This document shows, in pieces, positions 11,435 through 21,448 of a stretch of 64,000 nt of DNA (its first letter is position 1; each line of letters starts with the position of its first letter). The position numbers and the translations under genes were made by a program. A model generated the notes under the pieces. The model searched no databases, was not told the origin of the DNA, and saw only the letters and a program-made list of their open reading frames with translations. The DNA lies in assembly GCA_910583995.1 (NCBI GenBank), contig CAJTYW010000001.1, positions 93,366 to 157,365 on the forward strand, read 5' to 3'. Origin of the DNA: an uncultured Christensenella sp. (lineage in GTDB: Bacteria; Bacillota; Clostridia; Christensenellales; UBA3700).

Positions 11435-11478
11435 AAACACCTGTTTGATAAAATCAAATCGGGTGTTTTTATTTTTTT
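11435..11478. terminator. Long bidirectional terminator hairpin
   Basis: aaacacctg/cgggtgttt outer stem with inner tttgat/atcaaa stem, then T-run on the plus strand. Sits right after the stop of the 24-aa minus-strand ORF. Confidence 0.6.
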
Positions 11479-11543
11479 AAAACATCAACCATTTCTATTG
11501 TAGTAATTACACCTAAAATAACCAGATAAATAATAAGCTTCAT
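11469..11543 (-). CDS. 24-aa hydrophobic peptide (MKLIIYLVILGVITTIEMVDVLKK), not in the ORF track
   Basis: AGGAG 7 nt upstream of the ATG. One predicted TM helix. Stop abuts the terminator hairpin. Confidence 0.3.
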   Translation of the reverse strand: MKLIIYLVILGVITTIEMVDVLKK

Positions 11544-11605
11544 AAAATTACTCCTAAAAAGCAAAATGTAATTTTAAAACTTTTTTACAACAAACATAAG
11601 TTATG

Positions 11606-11896
11606 TCAGTTGATATTTTCCGCATTTTTTATAATGTGATAAAGTTCAGAATTGACATTTTTTTTGTCGGATATTTTATTGCTTACGTATGTATTTTTTC
11701 CTGTAACAGGAGTATTATTTGGGGTAGTGTTGTTATTGTTAAACATTTGCATAAGTCCTGTTAGCATAGACGGATTGCTGCCCATCATACTAAAAAGTGG
11801 ATTGTTTTGCATATTGTTATTTGAGTTGTCATTGTTTTGATTGTTTGGGAAATTCATATTGCCAAACATATTCATAAGCATTTGCGGGTCAAACAT
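11606..11896 (-). CDS. Asn/Met-rich small hypothetical protein (96 aa)
   Basis: ORF with AAGGAGAA RBS. Low-complexity N/M/Q composition. No recognisable domain. Confidence 0.5.
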   Translation of the reverse strand: MFDPQMLMNMFGNMNFPNNQNNDNSNNNMQNNPLFSMMGSNPSMLTGLMQMFNNNNTTPNNTPVTGKNTYVSNKISDKKNVNSELYHIIKNAENIN

Positions 11897-11968
11897 AATA
11901 TTCTCCTTATATTCACATTATATTATATGCAGTCATATAATAGTTAGTGATTAAAGGAGGCGGATATT

Positions 11969-12280
11969 ATGAGTAAAAATGTTAGAAATTTCAAGGGATA
12001 TAATAACAAAAGTGGTAGCGTTAACAATGGTAACAAAAACCAAGGTAGCTCAAATTACACAAGAGCGGATGCAGAACAAGATGTGCAAAGCCAATTTAAC
12101 AAGTATAGCGGGTACTCAGAAAATCAATTGATTGACGAGTTTTACAAGGAAGTTTACAAGCAAAAACAAATGGGAAATTTAAGCCCTGAAATGCTGGAGA
12201 ATTTTTATAATATGATGTCACCTAATATGTCACCCGCACAAAAGAAAAAAATGAAGGCATTAATTGATAGTATTAAGTAA
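11969..12280 (+). CDS. Small hypothetical protein (103 aa), N/K/M-rich
   Basis: ORF with AAAGGAGG RBS. Divergent from the 96-aa gene. No recognisable domain. Confidence 0.55.
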   Translation: MSKNVRNFKGYNNKSGSVNNGNKNQGSSNYTRADAEQDVQSQFNKYSGYSENQLIDEFYKEVYKQKQMGNLSPEMLENFYNMMSPNMSPAQKKKMKALIDSIK

Positions 12281-12482
12281 TTTATTATAAAAATAAAATG
12301 TATTATTAAATTACTTTTTTCTATTTACAAAAATTTAAAAATGTGGTAAAATATTTTTTGTTGAGCAAAGGTTGTTGCGACAATTAATTTTACCACTTTT
12401 TTATTTTTATTTTAGGTAAAAAATAATGTAAAATTTAATATGCAATAAACTTAGCATTAATTAATTGCGTGAGGTAATACAA

Positions 12483-15400
12483 TTGAATTTCAAAAGATTA
12501 GAGCTTTATGGATTTAAATCATTTGCAGATAAGACCGTCATTGAATTTAATGAAGGTATTACTGGTATTGTTGGACCAAACGGAAGCGGTAAAAGTAACT
12601 TTTCAGATGCAATAAAGTGGGTACTTGGTGAGCAATCTGCTAAGCAACTTCGTGGTAAAAATATGCAGGACGTTATCTTTGTTGGTACTCAAAGACGTAC
12701 TCAAATGAGCTATTGCGAAGTTACTTTAGTATTTGACAATACCGACCAGAAAATTTTTAAAACTCTTGCATTTGACGAAGTAAGTTTTACTAGAAAATTA
12801 TATCGTTCAGGTGATAGTGAATATCTACTAAATGGCACGCCTATTTTGCTTAAAAATATGCGTGATATCATTCGTGATACTGGTCTTGGTAAAGATGGTT
12901 ATAGTATTATTGGACAAGGTAGAGTTGCGGAAATTATCAATTCTAAACCTGAAAACAGAAGAGTAATATTTGAAGAAGCTGCAGGTATTAGTAAATATAA
13001 AAAGAGAAAAGACGAAGCAGAAGATAAACTAGAAAAAACTCGTGACCATCTTGACAGAGTTCAAGATATAATCAAAGAGTTGGAAAGACAATTGGTTCCG
13101 CTACAAAAAAAGGCGGAGAACGCTAAAAAATATCTTGAGCTTTACGATAGATTGCGTTTATTGGAAGTAAATCACTTTTTGTATGCTTATGAAAATAACG
13201 ATTTGGAAATTGAAAAAATAAATCAATTGATTATCTCAATTACGGAAGAAATTGAGTTTTTAACTGAAAAAATTTGCCAAAATGATAAAGATTACTTTGC
13301 AAATTTGGAAAAAATACAAAAAATTGAAGATGATTTAAATGAATATAGAGATTTAAAAACTAGAATTTTGGTCGCAAATCAAGAGAAACTTGGCAAAGGC
13401 GAAACTTTGCAAGAAAGATTAAGTTACGGCAAAAATGAAGAGAAAAATCTTATTAATGAGATAGAAAATAATAGCAAAAAAATTGAAAATATTGATGAAA
13501 TAATCGATGCTTTAAATAAAAAGCACGATAGTATTTTGTTTGAGCTTAATAGCTTAAAAAGCGAATATGAAAATAAAGAAAATGAAATGCTAAAGCTTAC
13601 TGACGAAATCAACAAAAGTAATGACGAATTTGAGCAATCTGAGCGAAAAATGCTTGAGGCTATCAAACAATTGTCAAGTGCAGATGTTGACTATACTAAG
13701 CTTGAAACACAATTTAATTATCTATCACAAGATAAGATTGAACAAGAAGAAGAATTAAAAAAATTAAAAGAAGAAATAGTTAATACAGAAAGCGAAAAGC
13801 AAGAAATAGAAAAAGAAATTAATCATATTCAGACAGAGCGTAATAATATTTACAAGGAAGTCAATGAGTGTAAGAAAAATCAAAGTGAAAATCGTGCAAA
13901 AATGACTTTGCTTGAAAATACTATAAGAGATTGCAGAAGTGCTATTGCATCTTATGAAATGCAAGAAACTATTTTGATGCGTGCTAAAAACCAATACGAA
14001 AGCTTTACCGCATCTGTTCAAAAAATTATGCAATACGCAAAGCAAGACAAAATACTTGATAGTAAAATGCTAGGAGTTGTGGCGGAACTTATTAATGTTC
14101 CTGCACGATTTGAAGTTGCAATCGAAGTTGCTTTGGGCGGGGCTTTGCAAAATATAGTTACTGCAAATATCGATGATGTTAAATATTGTATTGAAATTTT
14201 AAAAAGATATAAAATGGGTACAATTACATTCTTGCCAATCAACTCTATGCGTCCACGTTTGCTTAGTGAAGAACAAAAAAATGTATTGAAAGAAGTTGGT
14301 GTGGAAGGTATTGCTTGCGATTTAATAGGTTATAACAAAGCTTATGACAATGTATTTAAGAATCTACTTGGTGCAACTGTTATTTGTGATACTTATGACA
14401 ATGCTAATAAAATTGCAAAAAAATATAATCGTTCATTTAGAATAGTTACTTTAGAAGGCGAAATTTTCAGCACTCAAGGTTCAGTAACAGGCGGTAGCAG
14501 AAAGCAAGATGCAATAGGTATTTTGGGTAGAGAAAGAGAACTTGAGTTTGTTATAAAAAATATCGAAAAGTCAAAGCAAATGCTTGCAAAAAGCAGTGAA
14601 GAATTTGAAATTTGCGGTAAAAACAATGAGCAATTAAACTTTTTGATTGGTAATTTAAATGGACAACTTATTGATAAGGAAGTTCAATTTAACACTACCA
14701 CAAACAAATTAAATGATATTTCCGATAAACTTGATATTTTAGTTGGAGATTTGACAGAAAAAAGTGCAACATTTACTGAGCTTTGTGAAAAGCTTGAGTT
14801 TATTGAAAAAAGTTTATCAGGTGCAGGCAGACTAAGAACAGATATTTCCAGTCAAACTAATGACTACGACGACAAAAAAGCAAAGACAAAAGAAGCTTTA
14901 AATTATAAAGTTGAAGAAAGAAATAAACTTTCTGCGGCATTATCAAATATGAAATTGCAAATTGCGGATATTGCAAATAAGCTTATAATTTGTAAAAACG
15001 ACATTGACCGCGAAGTTAATAGTAAATCGGACACTCGTAATGCTATTGTCATTGCAAAAAGTAATTTGGAAAAGGTTCGAAAACATATTGAAGATACTGA
15101 AAATCAAATGAATAGTACTGTATTGTCAGATGCAGATAAGGCTAAAGTTGCTGAAATTGATAGTAAAATCGATAGTTTGACTACAAATAAAAATGATTTA
15201 AATAAAACAAATCGTGAGTTGCTTCAAGATAAAGATGAAAACAATCAAAGATTGCAAGTTGCAACAAACAAACGCACAAGAGAAGAAGGTAATATTGAAA
15301 AATTACGCGTTAATTTTGCAAACCTTACTAACAGAATTGATGAAGAATACGGATTAAACTATGATAGCAGCTTGCCATTTAAAATGCAAGAGTACAATGA

Positions 15401-16073
15401 TAGCGAAAGTTTGCAAGAGATAACTCACTTAAAGCGTTCTATTAGCGGTTTGGGTGAAGTAAGTCCAAGTTCTATTCAAGAATACGAAGACTTAAGTGAA
15501 AGACATAACGGACTTTCAACTGAAAGAGACGATTTGTTAAAGGCAGAGAGCGACTTGAATGGTATTATTCGTGACCTAAGCCGTGAAATGCAAGAGATTT
15601 TTGATACTGAATTTGCAAAAATCGCTAAAAACTTTGAAGTTACATTTAAAGAAATTTTTGGTGGTGGTTCAGGTAAACTTTTGATTGACCCTAACGCAGA
15701 AGACCCACTTACTGCAGGTGTAGAGATTGTTGCAATGTTGCCGGGTAAAAATACCAAAAACCTTTCTGCTTTGAGTGGTGGAGAAATGGCACTTACTGCG
15801 ATTGCGATTTTGTTCTCTATTTTAAAGACAAAACCAATGCCATTCTGCTTGCTTGACGAAATCGAGGCGGCACTTGACGATGGTAATGCTGCATTGTTTG
15901 CTAAATACTTGAAAAAGTTTGTCGGCAATACTCAATTTATCGTTATCACTCACAGAAAGCCAACTATGGAACAAGCTGATAGATTGTTTGGTGTTACAAT
16001 GGAAGAGCGTGGTGTATCAAAAGTTGTATCTGTTGAACTTTCTGAAGCGGTTAAAGCTATTTCTGAAAATTAA
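12483..16073 (+). CDS. smc: Chromosome segregation protein SMC
   Basis: Walker A GPNGSGKSN, long coiled coils, hinge, LSGGE signature and Walker B LLDEIEAALD. TTG at 12483 preferred (GAGGT 7 nt upstream; conserved N-terminus LNFKRLELYGFKSF). Confidence 0.95.
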   Translation: MNFKRLELYGFKSFADKTVIEFNEGITGIVGPNGSGKSNFSDAIKWVLGEQSAKQLRGKNMQDVIFVGTQRRTQMSYCEVTLVFDNTDQKIFKTLAFDEVSFTRKLYRSGDSEYLLNGTPILLKNMRDIIRDTGLGKDGYSIIGQGRVAEIINSKPENRRVIFEEAAGISKYKKRKDEAEDKLEKTRDHLDRVQDIIKELERQLVPLQKKAENAKKYLELYDRLRLLEVNHFLYAYENNDLEIEKINQLIISITEEIEFLTEKICQNDKDYFANLEKIQKIEDDLNEYRDLKTRILVANQEKLGKGETLQERLSYGKNEEKNLINEIENNSKKIENIDEIIDALNKKHDSILFELNSLKSEYENKENEMLKLTDEINKSNDEFEQSERKMLEAIKQLSSADVDYTKLETQFNYLSQDKIEQEEELKKLKEEIVNTESEKQEIEKEINHIQTERNNIYKEVNECKKNQSENRAKMTLLENTIRDCRSAIASYEMQETILMRAKNQYESFTASVQKIMQYAKQDKILDSKMLGVVAELINVPARFEVAIEVALGGALQNIVTANIDDVKYCIEILKRYKMGTITFLPINSMRPRLLSEEQKNVLKEVGVEGIACDLIGYNKAYDNVFKNLLGATVICDTYDNANKIAKKYNRSFRIVTLEGEIFSTQGSVTGGSRKQDAIGILGRERELEFVIKNIEKSKQMLAKSSEEFEICGKNNEQLNFLIGNLNGQLIDKEVQFNTTTNKLNDISDKLDILVGDLTEKSATFTELCEKLEFIEKSLSGAGRLRTDISSQTNDYDDKKAKTKEALNYKVEERNKLSAALSNMKLQIADIANKLIICKNDIDREVNSKSDTRNAIVIAKSNLEKVRKHIEDTENQMNSTVLSDADKAKVAEIDSKIDSLTTNKNDLNKTNRELLQDKDENNQRLQVATNKRTREEGNIEKLRVNFANLTNRIDEEYGLNYDSSLPFKMQEYNDSESLQEITHLKRSISGLGEVSPSSIQEYEDLSERHNGLSTERDDLLKAESDLNGIIRDLSREMQEIFDTEFAKIAKNFEVTFKEIFGGGSGKLLIDPNAEDPLTAGVEIVAMLPGKNTKNLSALSGGEMALTAIAILFSILKTKPMPFCLLDEIEAALDDGNAALFAKYLKKFVGNTQFIVITHRKPTMEQADRLFGVTMEERGVSKVVSVELSEAVKAISEN

Positions 16074-16128
16074 TGCTTTTAATTGCTATATTATATTGAT
16101 TACATATACTTAAATATTTAGGAGAATT

Positions 16129-17025
16129 ATGGGAATTTTTAGTAAAATTAGTAACGGACTTAAAAAAACGAAAGAGAATTTTAGCCGTAAAATATACGAA
16201 TTGTTTAAAGGTCGTGCAATAGACGACGATTTTTATGAAGAGTTGGAAATGGCATTAATTAGTGCTGATGTAGGTGTTACTGCAACAGAAATGATTTGCG
16301 ATAAACTTAAAGACGCTTGTTATGAAAAAAAACTTACAGATACATCTCAAGCAAAAGACATTTTAAAGGAGATTATGATTGGCGAAATCGATTATGATAT
16401 TCCTGAATATGAATATCCGCTTGTTATTTTAGTAGCAGGTGTTAATGGCGTGGGTAAAACTACTGCAATAGGCAAGCTTGCAAAATATTTTAAGTCTGAA
16501 GGTAAGTCTGTAGTACTAGCTGCAGCTGATACTTTTAGAGCAGCAGCAAGTGACCAACTTACTGTTTGGGCAGAGCGTGCAGGTGTAAGAATTGTTAAAC
16601 AAAGCGAAGGTAGTGACCCTGCAGCAGTTGTTTTTGATGCGATAAATAGTGCAAAAGCAAGAAAAGACGATGTAGTGCTTATAGATACAGCAGGTAGACT
16701 TCATAATAAAAAGAACTTAATGAATGAGCTTAATAAAATTCATAAAGTTGTAGACAGAGAGTATCCTGATTGCGACTATAGAAGTTATATAGTTTTAGAT
16801 GCAACAACAGGACAAAATGCTGTAGCACAAGTTGAAACTTTTGGTGAAATTTTTGACATTGACGGCATTATTTTGAACAAACTTGACGGAACAGCAAAAG
16901 GCGGTGTTGTATTTGCCATAAGCAGTGAGCAAGAAATACCTGTTTGCTTTGTAGGTGTGGGCGAAAAAATTGACGATTTAATTAAATTTGATGCAACTAA
17001 TTTTATTAATGAATTGATAGATTAA
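16129..17025 (+). CDS. ftsY: Signal recognition particle receptor
   Basis: NG domain motifs GVNGVGKTT, DTAGR, LNKLDGTAKGG. Conserved smc-ftsY order. Confidence 0.95.
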   Translation: MGIFSKISNGLKKTKENFSRKIYELFKGRAIDDDFYEELEMALISADVGVTATEMICDKLKDACYEKKLTDTSQAKDILKEIMIGEIDYDIPEYEYPLVILVAGVNGVGKTTAIGKLAKYFKSEGKSVVLAAADTFRAAASDQLTVWAERAGVRIVKQSEGSDPAAVVFDAINSAKARKDDVVLIDTAGRLHNKKNLMNELNKIHKVVDREYPDCDYRSYIVLDATTGQNAVAQVETFGEIFDIDGIILNKLDGTAKGGVVFAISSEQEIPVCFVGVGEKIDDLIKFDATNFINELID

Positions 17026-17095
17026 TTTAATTTTTTGATTAAAAAACTTAATATAATTTTTAATTTCAAAGGATAATTTTATATAATACAATAAT

Positions 17096-17127
17096 AAACT
17101 TACTTGTTTTAAGTAGGTTTATTTTTT
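17096..17127 (+). terminator. Intrinsic terminator after ftsY
   Basis: aaacttactt/aagtaggttt stem (one G-U pair) followed by ATTTTTT. Confidence 0.6.
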
Positions 17128-17216
17128 GTGCAAATTTAACTTTTTTGACTTTTAAATAATGGTTTGATTAAATTAAAGATTTAATTATTAAAAAATAACA
17201 AAAAAAATGCGAAAAA

Positions 17217-17244
17217 TGTCGGAAAAAGTATACTTTTTCTGACG
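17217..17244. promoter_or_regulatory. Operator-like palindrome, copy 1 (imperfect)
   Basis: tgtcggaaaaagtatactttttctgacg. 12 of 14 arm positions are complementary. Ends 9 nt upstream of the -35. Confidence 0.5.
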
Positions 17245-17252
17245 ATTTACTG

Positions 17253-17282
17253 TTGACAATTTTATATTTATTTTGTTATACT
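17253..17282 (+). promoter_or_regulatory. SigmaA-type promoter of the NCS2 permease gene
   Basis: TTGACA (17253-17258), 18 nt spacer, TGtTATACT extended -10 (17274-17282). Confidence 0.55.
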
Positions 17283-17342
17283 ATAATTAGTTAAAACTAT
17301 ATAATTAAAACTATATGGTATAAATACTTTAACTAAATAAAG

Positions 17343-17370
17343 TGTCAGAAAAAGTATACTTTTTCTGACA
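17343..17370. promoter_or_regulatory. Operator-like palindrome, copy 2 (perfect 28 bp)
   Basis: tgtcagaaaaagtatactttttctgaca equals its own reverse complement. About 60 nt downstream of the -10 and 77 nt upstream of the ATG. Confidence 0.55.
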
Positions 17371-17446
17371 AATTTGATACAAAATGTAAAATATGCACAA
17401 TTTACAAAAATAATTAATTTTATAGATTATTTTAAAGGAGAAAGGT

Positions 17447-19165
17447 ATGGAAGAGAAACAAGAGCAACTAGTTCAGGAAACTGAACAAAATGTTTCAGAC
17501 TTTGATGCCAACGCCGAAGCTAATGGTGATGCAGCAATGCTTACACCTGAGAAAAAGCCTGCAAATAAGTTTATTGCAAAACTTGACGGCTTTTTTGGAG
17601 TTTCAAAAAGTGGCAGCAATTTTAAGACTGAAATAATGGCAGGCGTTACCACATTTATGGCTATGGCTTATATTTTGATGGTTAACCCAAGTATTTTAAG
17701 TAGCACTAATGGTGCACTTAATAGTGCATTTTATATTGCAACTGCATTAGGTGCTATCGTTGGTACATTAATGATGTCACTTTATGCAAAATATCCATTT
17801 GCACAAGCACCAGGTATGGGGTTGAACGCATTTTTTGCATTTACAATTGTAGGTGTAGGTTGTGCTAATATGAGTGTATCAAATGGTTTATTTATTATTT
17901 TGATATCCGGTGTTTTATTCCTTGTATTGACATTAGTTGGTGTAAGAGAAAAAATAGTTGAATGTATTCCTAAAGCAGTAAGACAAGCAATCCCAGTTGG
18001 TATTGGTTTGTTTATTGCATTTTTAGGTCTTCAAAATTGCGGTGCAATTGTAGGCGACCCTTCAACACTTGTAAAATTACAAAGCTTTAACGTATTCGGT
18101 CAAGGTTTTGACATTGCTGTAGTATATCCTGTTATTATTACATTGATTACTTTTATTGCAATTGCTGTAATGAGTAAATTAAAAATAAGAGGCGCAATGC
18201 TTTGGGGTATTCTTGGCGGTGCAGTAATTTATTATGTATTTGGTTATGCAGGCGGTTTTGGTGGTGCAGAGAATTTCCCTAAATGGGGTGAAATGCTTGT
18301 AAATCCTGGTGACGCTTTTGTTTCTTGGGGTAAAGATTTAGTAGGTCAAGTTTTTGTTAGTGGTTGGAATTTTAGCGGACAAAATGCGGCAGATGTTGCT
18401 CTTGTAATTATTACTGGTGTATTGTCATTTGCAATGGTAGATATGTTTGATACTATCGGTACATTGCTTGGTACAGCACAAAGAGCTAATATGCTTGACG
18501 AAAATGGTAACTTACCAAGAATGAAACAAGCTTTACTTGCTGACTCTGTTGCAACTTGTGCAGGTGCTGTTTTTGGTACTACAACTGTTACAACATTCGT
18601 AGAGTCAAGTGCAGGCGTTGCAGAAGGCGGAAGAACAGGTTTAACTTCTTTAGTAACTGCAGGTTTGTTCTTTATTGCTATGTTCTTAACTCCACTTGCT
18701 CAAATTATTCCAAGTTGTGCAACTGCAGCAGCACTTATTTATGTAGGTGTATTAATGATGGGCAGTGTTAAAAATATCGATTTCACAGATGCTTTATCAG
18801 CTGTTCCTGCTTTCTTAACAATTGCAATGATGGCATTTACTTACAATATCAGTTATGGTATTGGTTTAGGTTTGATTTCTCACTGCTTGATTATGCTTGG
18901 CACAGGTAAATACTTTGGTCTTGGCAAAGAGTTTAAGAAAAAAGTAAAAGCTGTTGCTACTAATGTTAATGAAACTGAAACTTTGGAAAATGCTAGTGAC
19001 AATGTAACTTTAGATGCAACTAGCACAGAGGACGCAGAAGAAAATGTCAAGGTTGAAGATAATAACGATGCAGAATTACTACCAAAAACATATTACTTGA
19101 AGAAAGAATATGTAACAATAATAATTTCTGTAATATTCATTTTGTTATTTATCTTTACTCACTAA
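17447..19165 (+). CDS. NCS2/AzgA-family purine (adenine/guanine/hypoxanthine) permease with N- and C-terminal extensions
   Basis: FKTEIMAGVTTFMAMAYILMVNP and downstream TM pattern typical of PbuG/AzgA-type permeases. Extra acidic C-terminal tail plus one terminal TM. Confidence 0.85.
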   Translation: MEEKQEQLVQETEQNVSDFDANAEANGDAAMLTPEKKPANKFIAKLDGFFGVSKSGSNFKTEIMAGVTTFMAMAYILMVNPSILSSTNGALNSAFYIATALGAIVGTLMMSLYAKYPFAQAPGMGLNAFFAFTIVGVGCANMSVSNGLFIILISGVLFLVLTLVGVREKIVECIPKAVRQAIPVGIGLFIAFLGLQNCGAIVGDPSTLVKLQSFNVFGQGFDIAVVYPVIITLITFIAIAVMSKLKIRGAMLWGILGGAVIYYVFGYAGGFGGAENFPKWGEMLVNPGDAFVSWGKDLVGQVFVSGWNFSGQNAADVALVIITGVLSFAMVDMFDTIGTLLGTAQRANMLDENGNLPRMKQALLADSVATCAGAVFGTTTVTTFVESSAGVAEGGRTGLTSLVTAGLFFIAMFLTPLAQIIPSCATAAALIYVGVLMMGSVKNIDFTDALSAVPAFLTIAMMAFTYNISYGIGLGLISHCLIMLGTGKYFGLGKEFKKKVKAVATNVNETETLENASDNVTLDATSTEDAEENVKVEDNNDAELLPKTYYLKKEYVTIIISVIFILLFIFTH

Positions 19166-19175
19166 AAAATTTAAC

Positions 19176-19203
19176 TGCCGCTAAAATTAGCGGCAATTTT
19201 TTT
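19176..19203 (+). terminator. Intrinsic terminator after the permease
   Basis: tgccgct/agcggca stem, loop aaaatt, T-run. Confidence 0.7.
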
Positions 19204-19269
19204 GCAAAAAAGTATATAAATTATCATTTCAAATAATTTTTTATCAACGCTTAATTTGTAATACTTAAC

Positions 19270-19298
19270 TTGACATAATAGTAAAATAATGCTAAAAT
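19270..19298 (+). promoter_or_regulatory. SigmaA-type promoter of lysA
   Basis: TTGACA, 17 nt spacer, TGcTAAAAT. Confidence 0.55.
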
Positions 19299-19339
19299 AT
19301 TATTATATTTATAATAAATAATTATATTAAAGGACTTAT

Positions 19340-20665
19340 ATGAATTACAGAAAAAGTATGATGCCAAATAAAGACGGCGAATTGGTTATTGGTGGTGTTA
19401 AAGCAAGCGATTTAAGGGCAAAATTCGGTACACCATTATATGTTATGGACGTTGAGTTTATAAAAGCGGTTTGTCGTGCTTTTAAAGATACAATCAATAA
19501 TAGTTACGAAGGCTTTGGTGGCGTTGCATTTGCATCAAAATCATTTAGTTGCAAGGCTATTTATACTATTATGAAATCGCTTGATATGAATATTGATGTT
19601 GTATCTGCAGGTGAAATTTACACAGCTTTAAGTAGTGGTTTTGATATTTCAAAAGCATATTTTCACGGCAACAATAAGCTTATTTCCGAACTTGAGTATG
19701 CGGTTGACAATAATATTGGCGTGGTTGTAATTGACAATATTGAAGAAATAGATATTTTAAATGAAATATGTGCTAAAAAAAGAGTAGTACAAAAAGTCAA
19801 TATCCGTACTAATCCGGGAGTAGAAGCACATACACATTCATATATTCAAACTGCAAAAATTGATTCTAAATTTGGCTTTTCAATTGAAAATGGCGATGCT
19901 ATGGTTGCTATAAAAAGCATTTTAAATCGCAAAAATTTACATCTTAACGGCGTTAATTGTCATATTGGTTCACAAATTTTTGATAGCAATGCTTTTAGAC
20001 TTGCTGTAGATGTAATGACAGATTTTATTTTGGAAATTGATAGAGAAACAGGCTATAAAGTTGAAGAATTGAATATGGGTGGCGGTTTTGGTGTACATTA
20101 TACTGAAAATGACCCTAAATTTACTTTAGACGATTACTGCAACTATATTAAAATTATTGCAATGGCAATTAAAGATGCTACTGCAACTAAAGGCTTGCAT
20201 AGATTAAAACTTATGGTTGAGCCGGGAAGGTCAATAGTAGGCGAAGCAGGTGTAACCTTATATTCTGTAGGAAATATCCGTGATATTAAAGGAATAAAAA
20301 AATATATTTGTATTGACGGCGGTATGTTTGACAATATTCGTCCTGCATTGTATCAAGCTGAATATGAAGCGGTAATTGCAACTAAATGCTTTGCAAAAGC
20401 AGAAGAAACTGTTGCTATTGCAGGTAAATGTTGTGAAAGTGGTGATATTATTATTGATAAAATTGATTTGCCAGTAGCTAAGCGTGGTGATTTGATAGCA
20501 GTATTTACAACAGGTGCTTACGGATATAGTATGGCTAGCAATTATAACAGGAACGCTATTCCACCTGTAGTTATGGTAGAAGATGGCAAGGCTGATTACG
20601 CTGTTAAACCACAAACTTTTGAAGATATAGTAAGAAATGACGATATTCCTTACTTTTTGAAATAA
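19340..20665 (+). CDS. lysA: Diaminopimelate decarboxylase
   Basis: PLP fold-III motifs FASKSF, HIGSQ, GGGFG, EPGRSIV, CESGD. 441 aa. Confidence 0.93.
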   Translation: MNYRKSMMPNKDGELVIGGVKASDLRAKFGTPLYVMDVEFIKAVCRAFKDTINNSYEGFGGVAFASKSFSCKAIYTIMKSLDMNIDVVSAGEIYTALSSGFDISKAYFHGNNKLISELEYAVDNNIGVVVIDNIEEIDILNEICAKKRVVQKVNIRTNPGVEAHTHSYIQTAKIDSKFGFSIENGDAMVAIKSILNRKNLHLNGVNCHIGSQIFDSNAFRLAVDVMTDFILEIDRETGYKVEELNMGGGFGVHYTENDPKFTLDDYCNYIKIIAMAIKDATATKGLHRLKLMVEPGRSIVGEAGVTLYSVGNIRDIKGIKKYICIDGGMFDNIRPALYQAEYEAVIATKCFAKAEETVAIAGKCCESGDIIIDKIDLPVAKRGDLIAVFTTGAYGYSMASNYNRNAIPPVVMVEDGKADYAVKPQTFEDIVRNDDIPYFLK

Positions 20666-20685
20666 ATAGTAGGAAATTAAAGCTT

Positions 20686-21411
20686 ATGTTTAATATTTTA
20701 TTTAATCAATATATTAGTGCACAAGACAAATTTATTATAATAGTATCTTTTTTATTTGCTATGGTACTTGCTTTTGCTATGCACGAATATGCTCACGGAT
20801 TGGTTGCTTATTGGAATGGTGACAACACTGCAAAAAATTCAGGCAGATTGACCATAAATCCTTTCAAGCATATTGATATATTGGGTACATTATTGTTGAT
20901 TTTTGTTGGCTTTGGTTGGGCAAAACCTGTTCCTGTCAATCCTAACAACTTTAAAAAGATAAGAAAAGGCATATTTACAGTTTCAATTGCTGGTGTAAGT
21001 ATGAATTTGATACTGGCAATTGTCAATTTTATATTATTGCTTATTATGGGTGCAATCGCTCAAGCAGTGGGTGAAATTGCAGGGGTTGGATATATTGTAT
21101 TCAATTTGTTTTATTATTTCTTTGTATATGGTATAACAATCAATTTGACACTTATGGCATTTAACTTGTTACCGATATATCCTTTAGACGGATTTCACGT
21201 TGTAGAAGCTTTTACTAAATATGACAATAAATATTGTGTATTTATGAGAAGATATGGTTCAATGGTATTGTTTGGCTTGTTGATTTTAAGTAACTTAGCA
21301 TCAAGAATAGGTGGAGTATTTGCATATTTCGATATTATCGGTTTGTTTATAAATACGATTACAGGCGGCATTTCTGAGCTAATGGTATTGATTTTCGGTG
21401 CAATATTTTAA
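20686..21411 (+). CDS. Site-2 protease family (M50) membrane metalloprotease
   Basis: HEYAHG zinc motif within a TM helix, distal LLPIYPLDG motif, polytopic. Confidence 0.8.
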   Translation: MFNILFNQYISAQDKFIIIVSFLFAMVLAFAMHEYAHGLVAYWNGDNTAKNSGRLTINPFKHIDILGTLLLIFVGFGWAKPVPVNPNNFKKIRKGIFTVSIAGVSMNLILAIVNFILLLIMGAIAQAVGEIAGVGYIVFNLFYYFFVYGITINLTLMAFNLLPIYPLDGFHVVEAFTKYDNKYCVFMRRYGSMVLFGLLILSNLASRIGGVFAYFDIIGLFINTITGGISELMVLIFGAIF

Positions 21412-21448
21412 TAAGAGTTGACATTTTGTTTAAAAATAAGTAGGAATT

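Noticed and set aside
17283-17342. Possible purine riboswitch in the leader of the NCS2 permease.
   Set aside because: The leader lacks the conserved three-way-junction core of guanine/adenine riboswitches. Only an AT-rich direct repeat (ttaaaactatat x2) and short complementary ends are present.
19204-19339. Possible lysine (L-box) riboswitch upstream of lysA.
   Set aside because: The promoter-to-ATG distance is only ~40 nt and the sequence is almost pure A/T. There is no room for an L-box.
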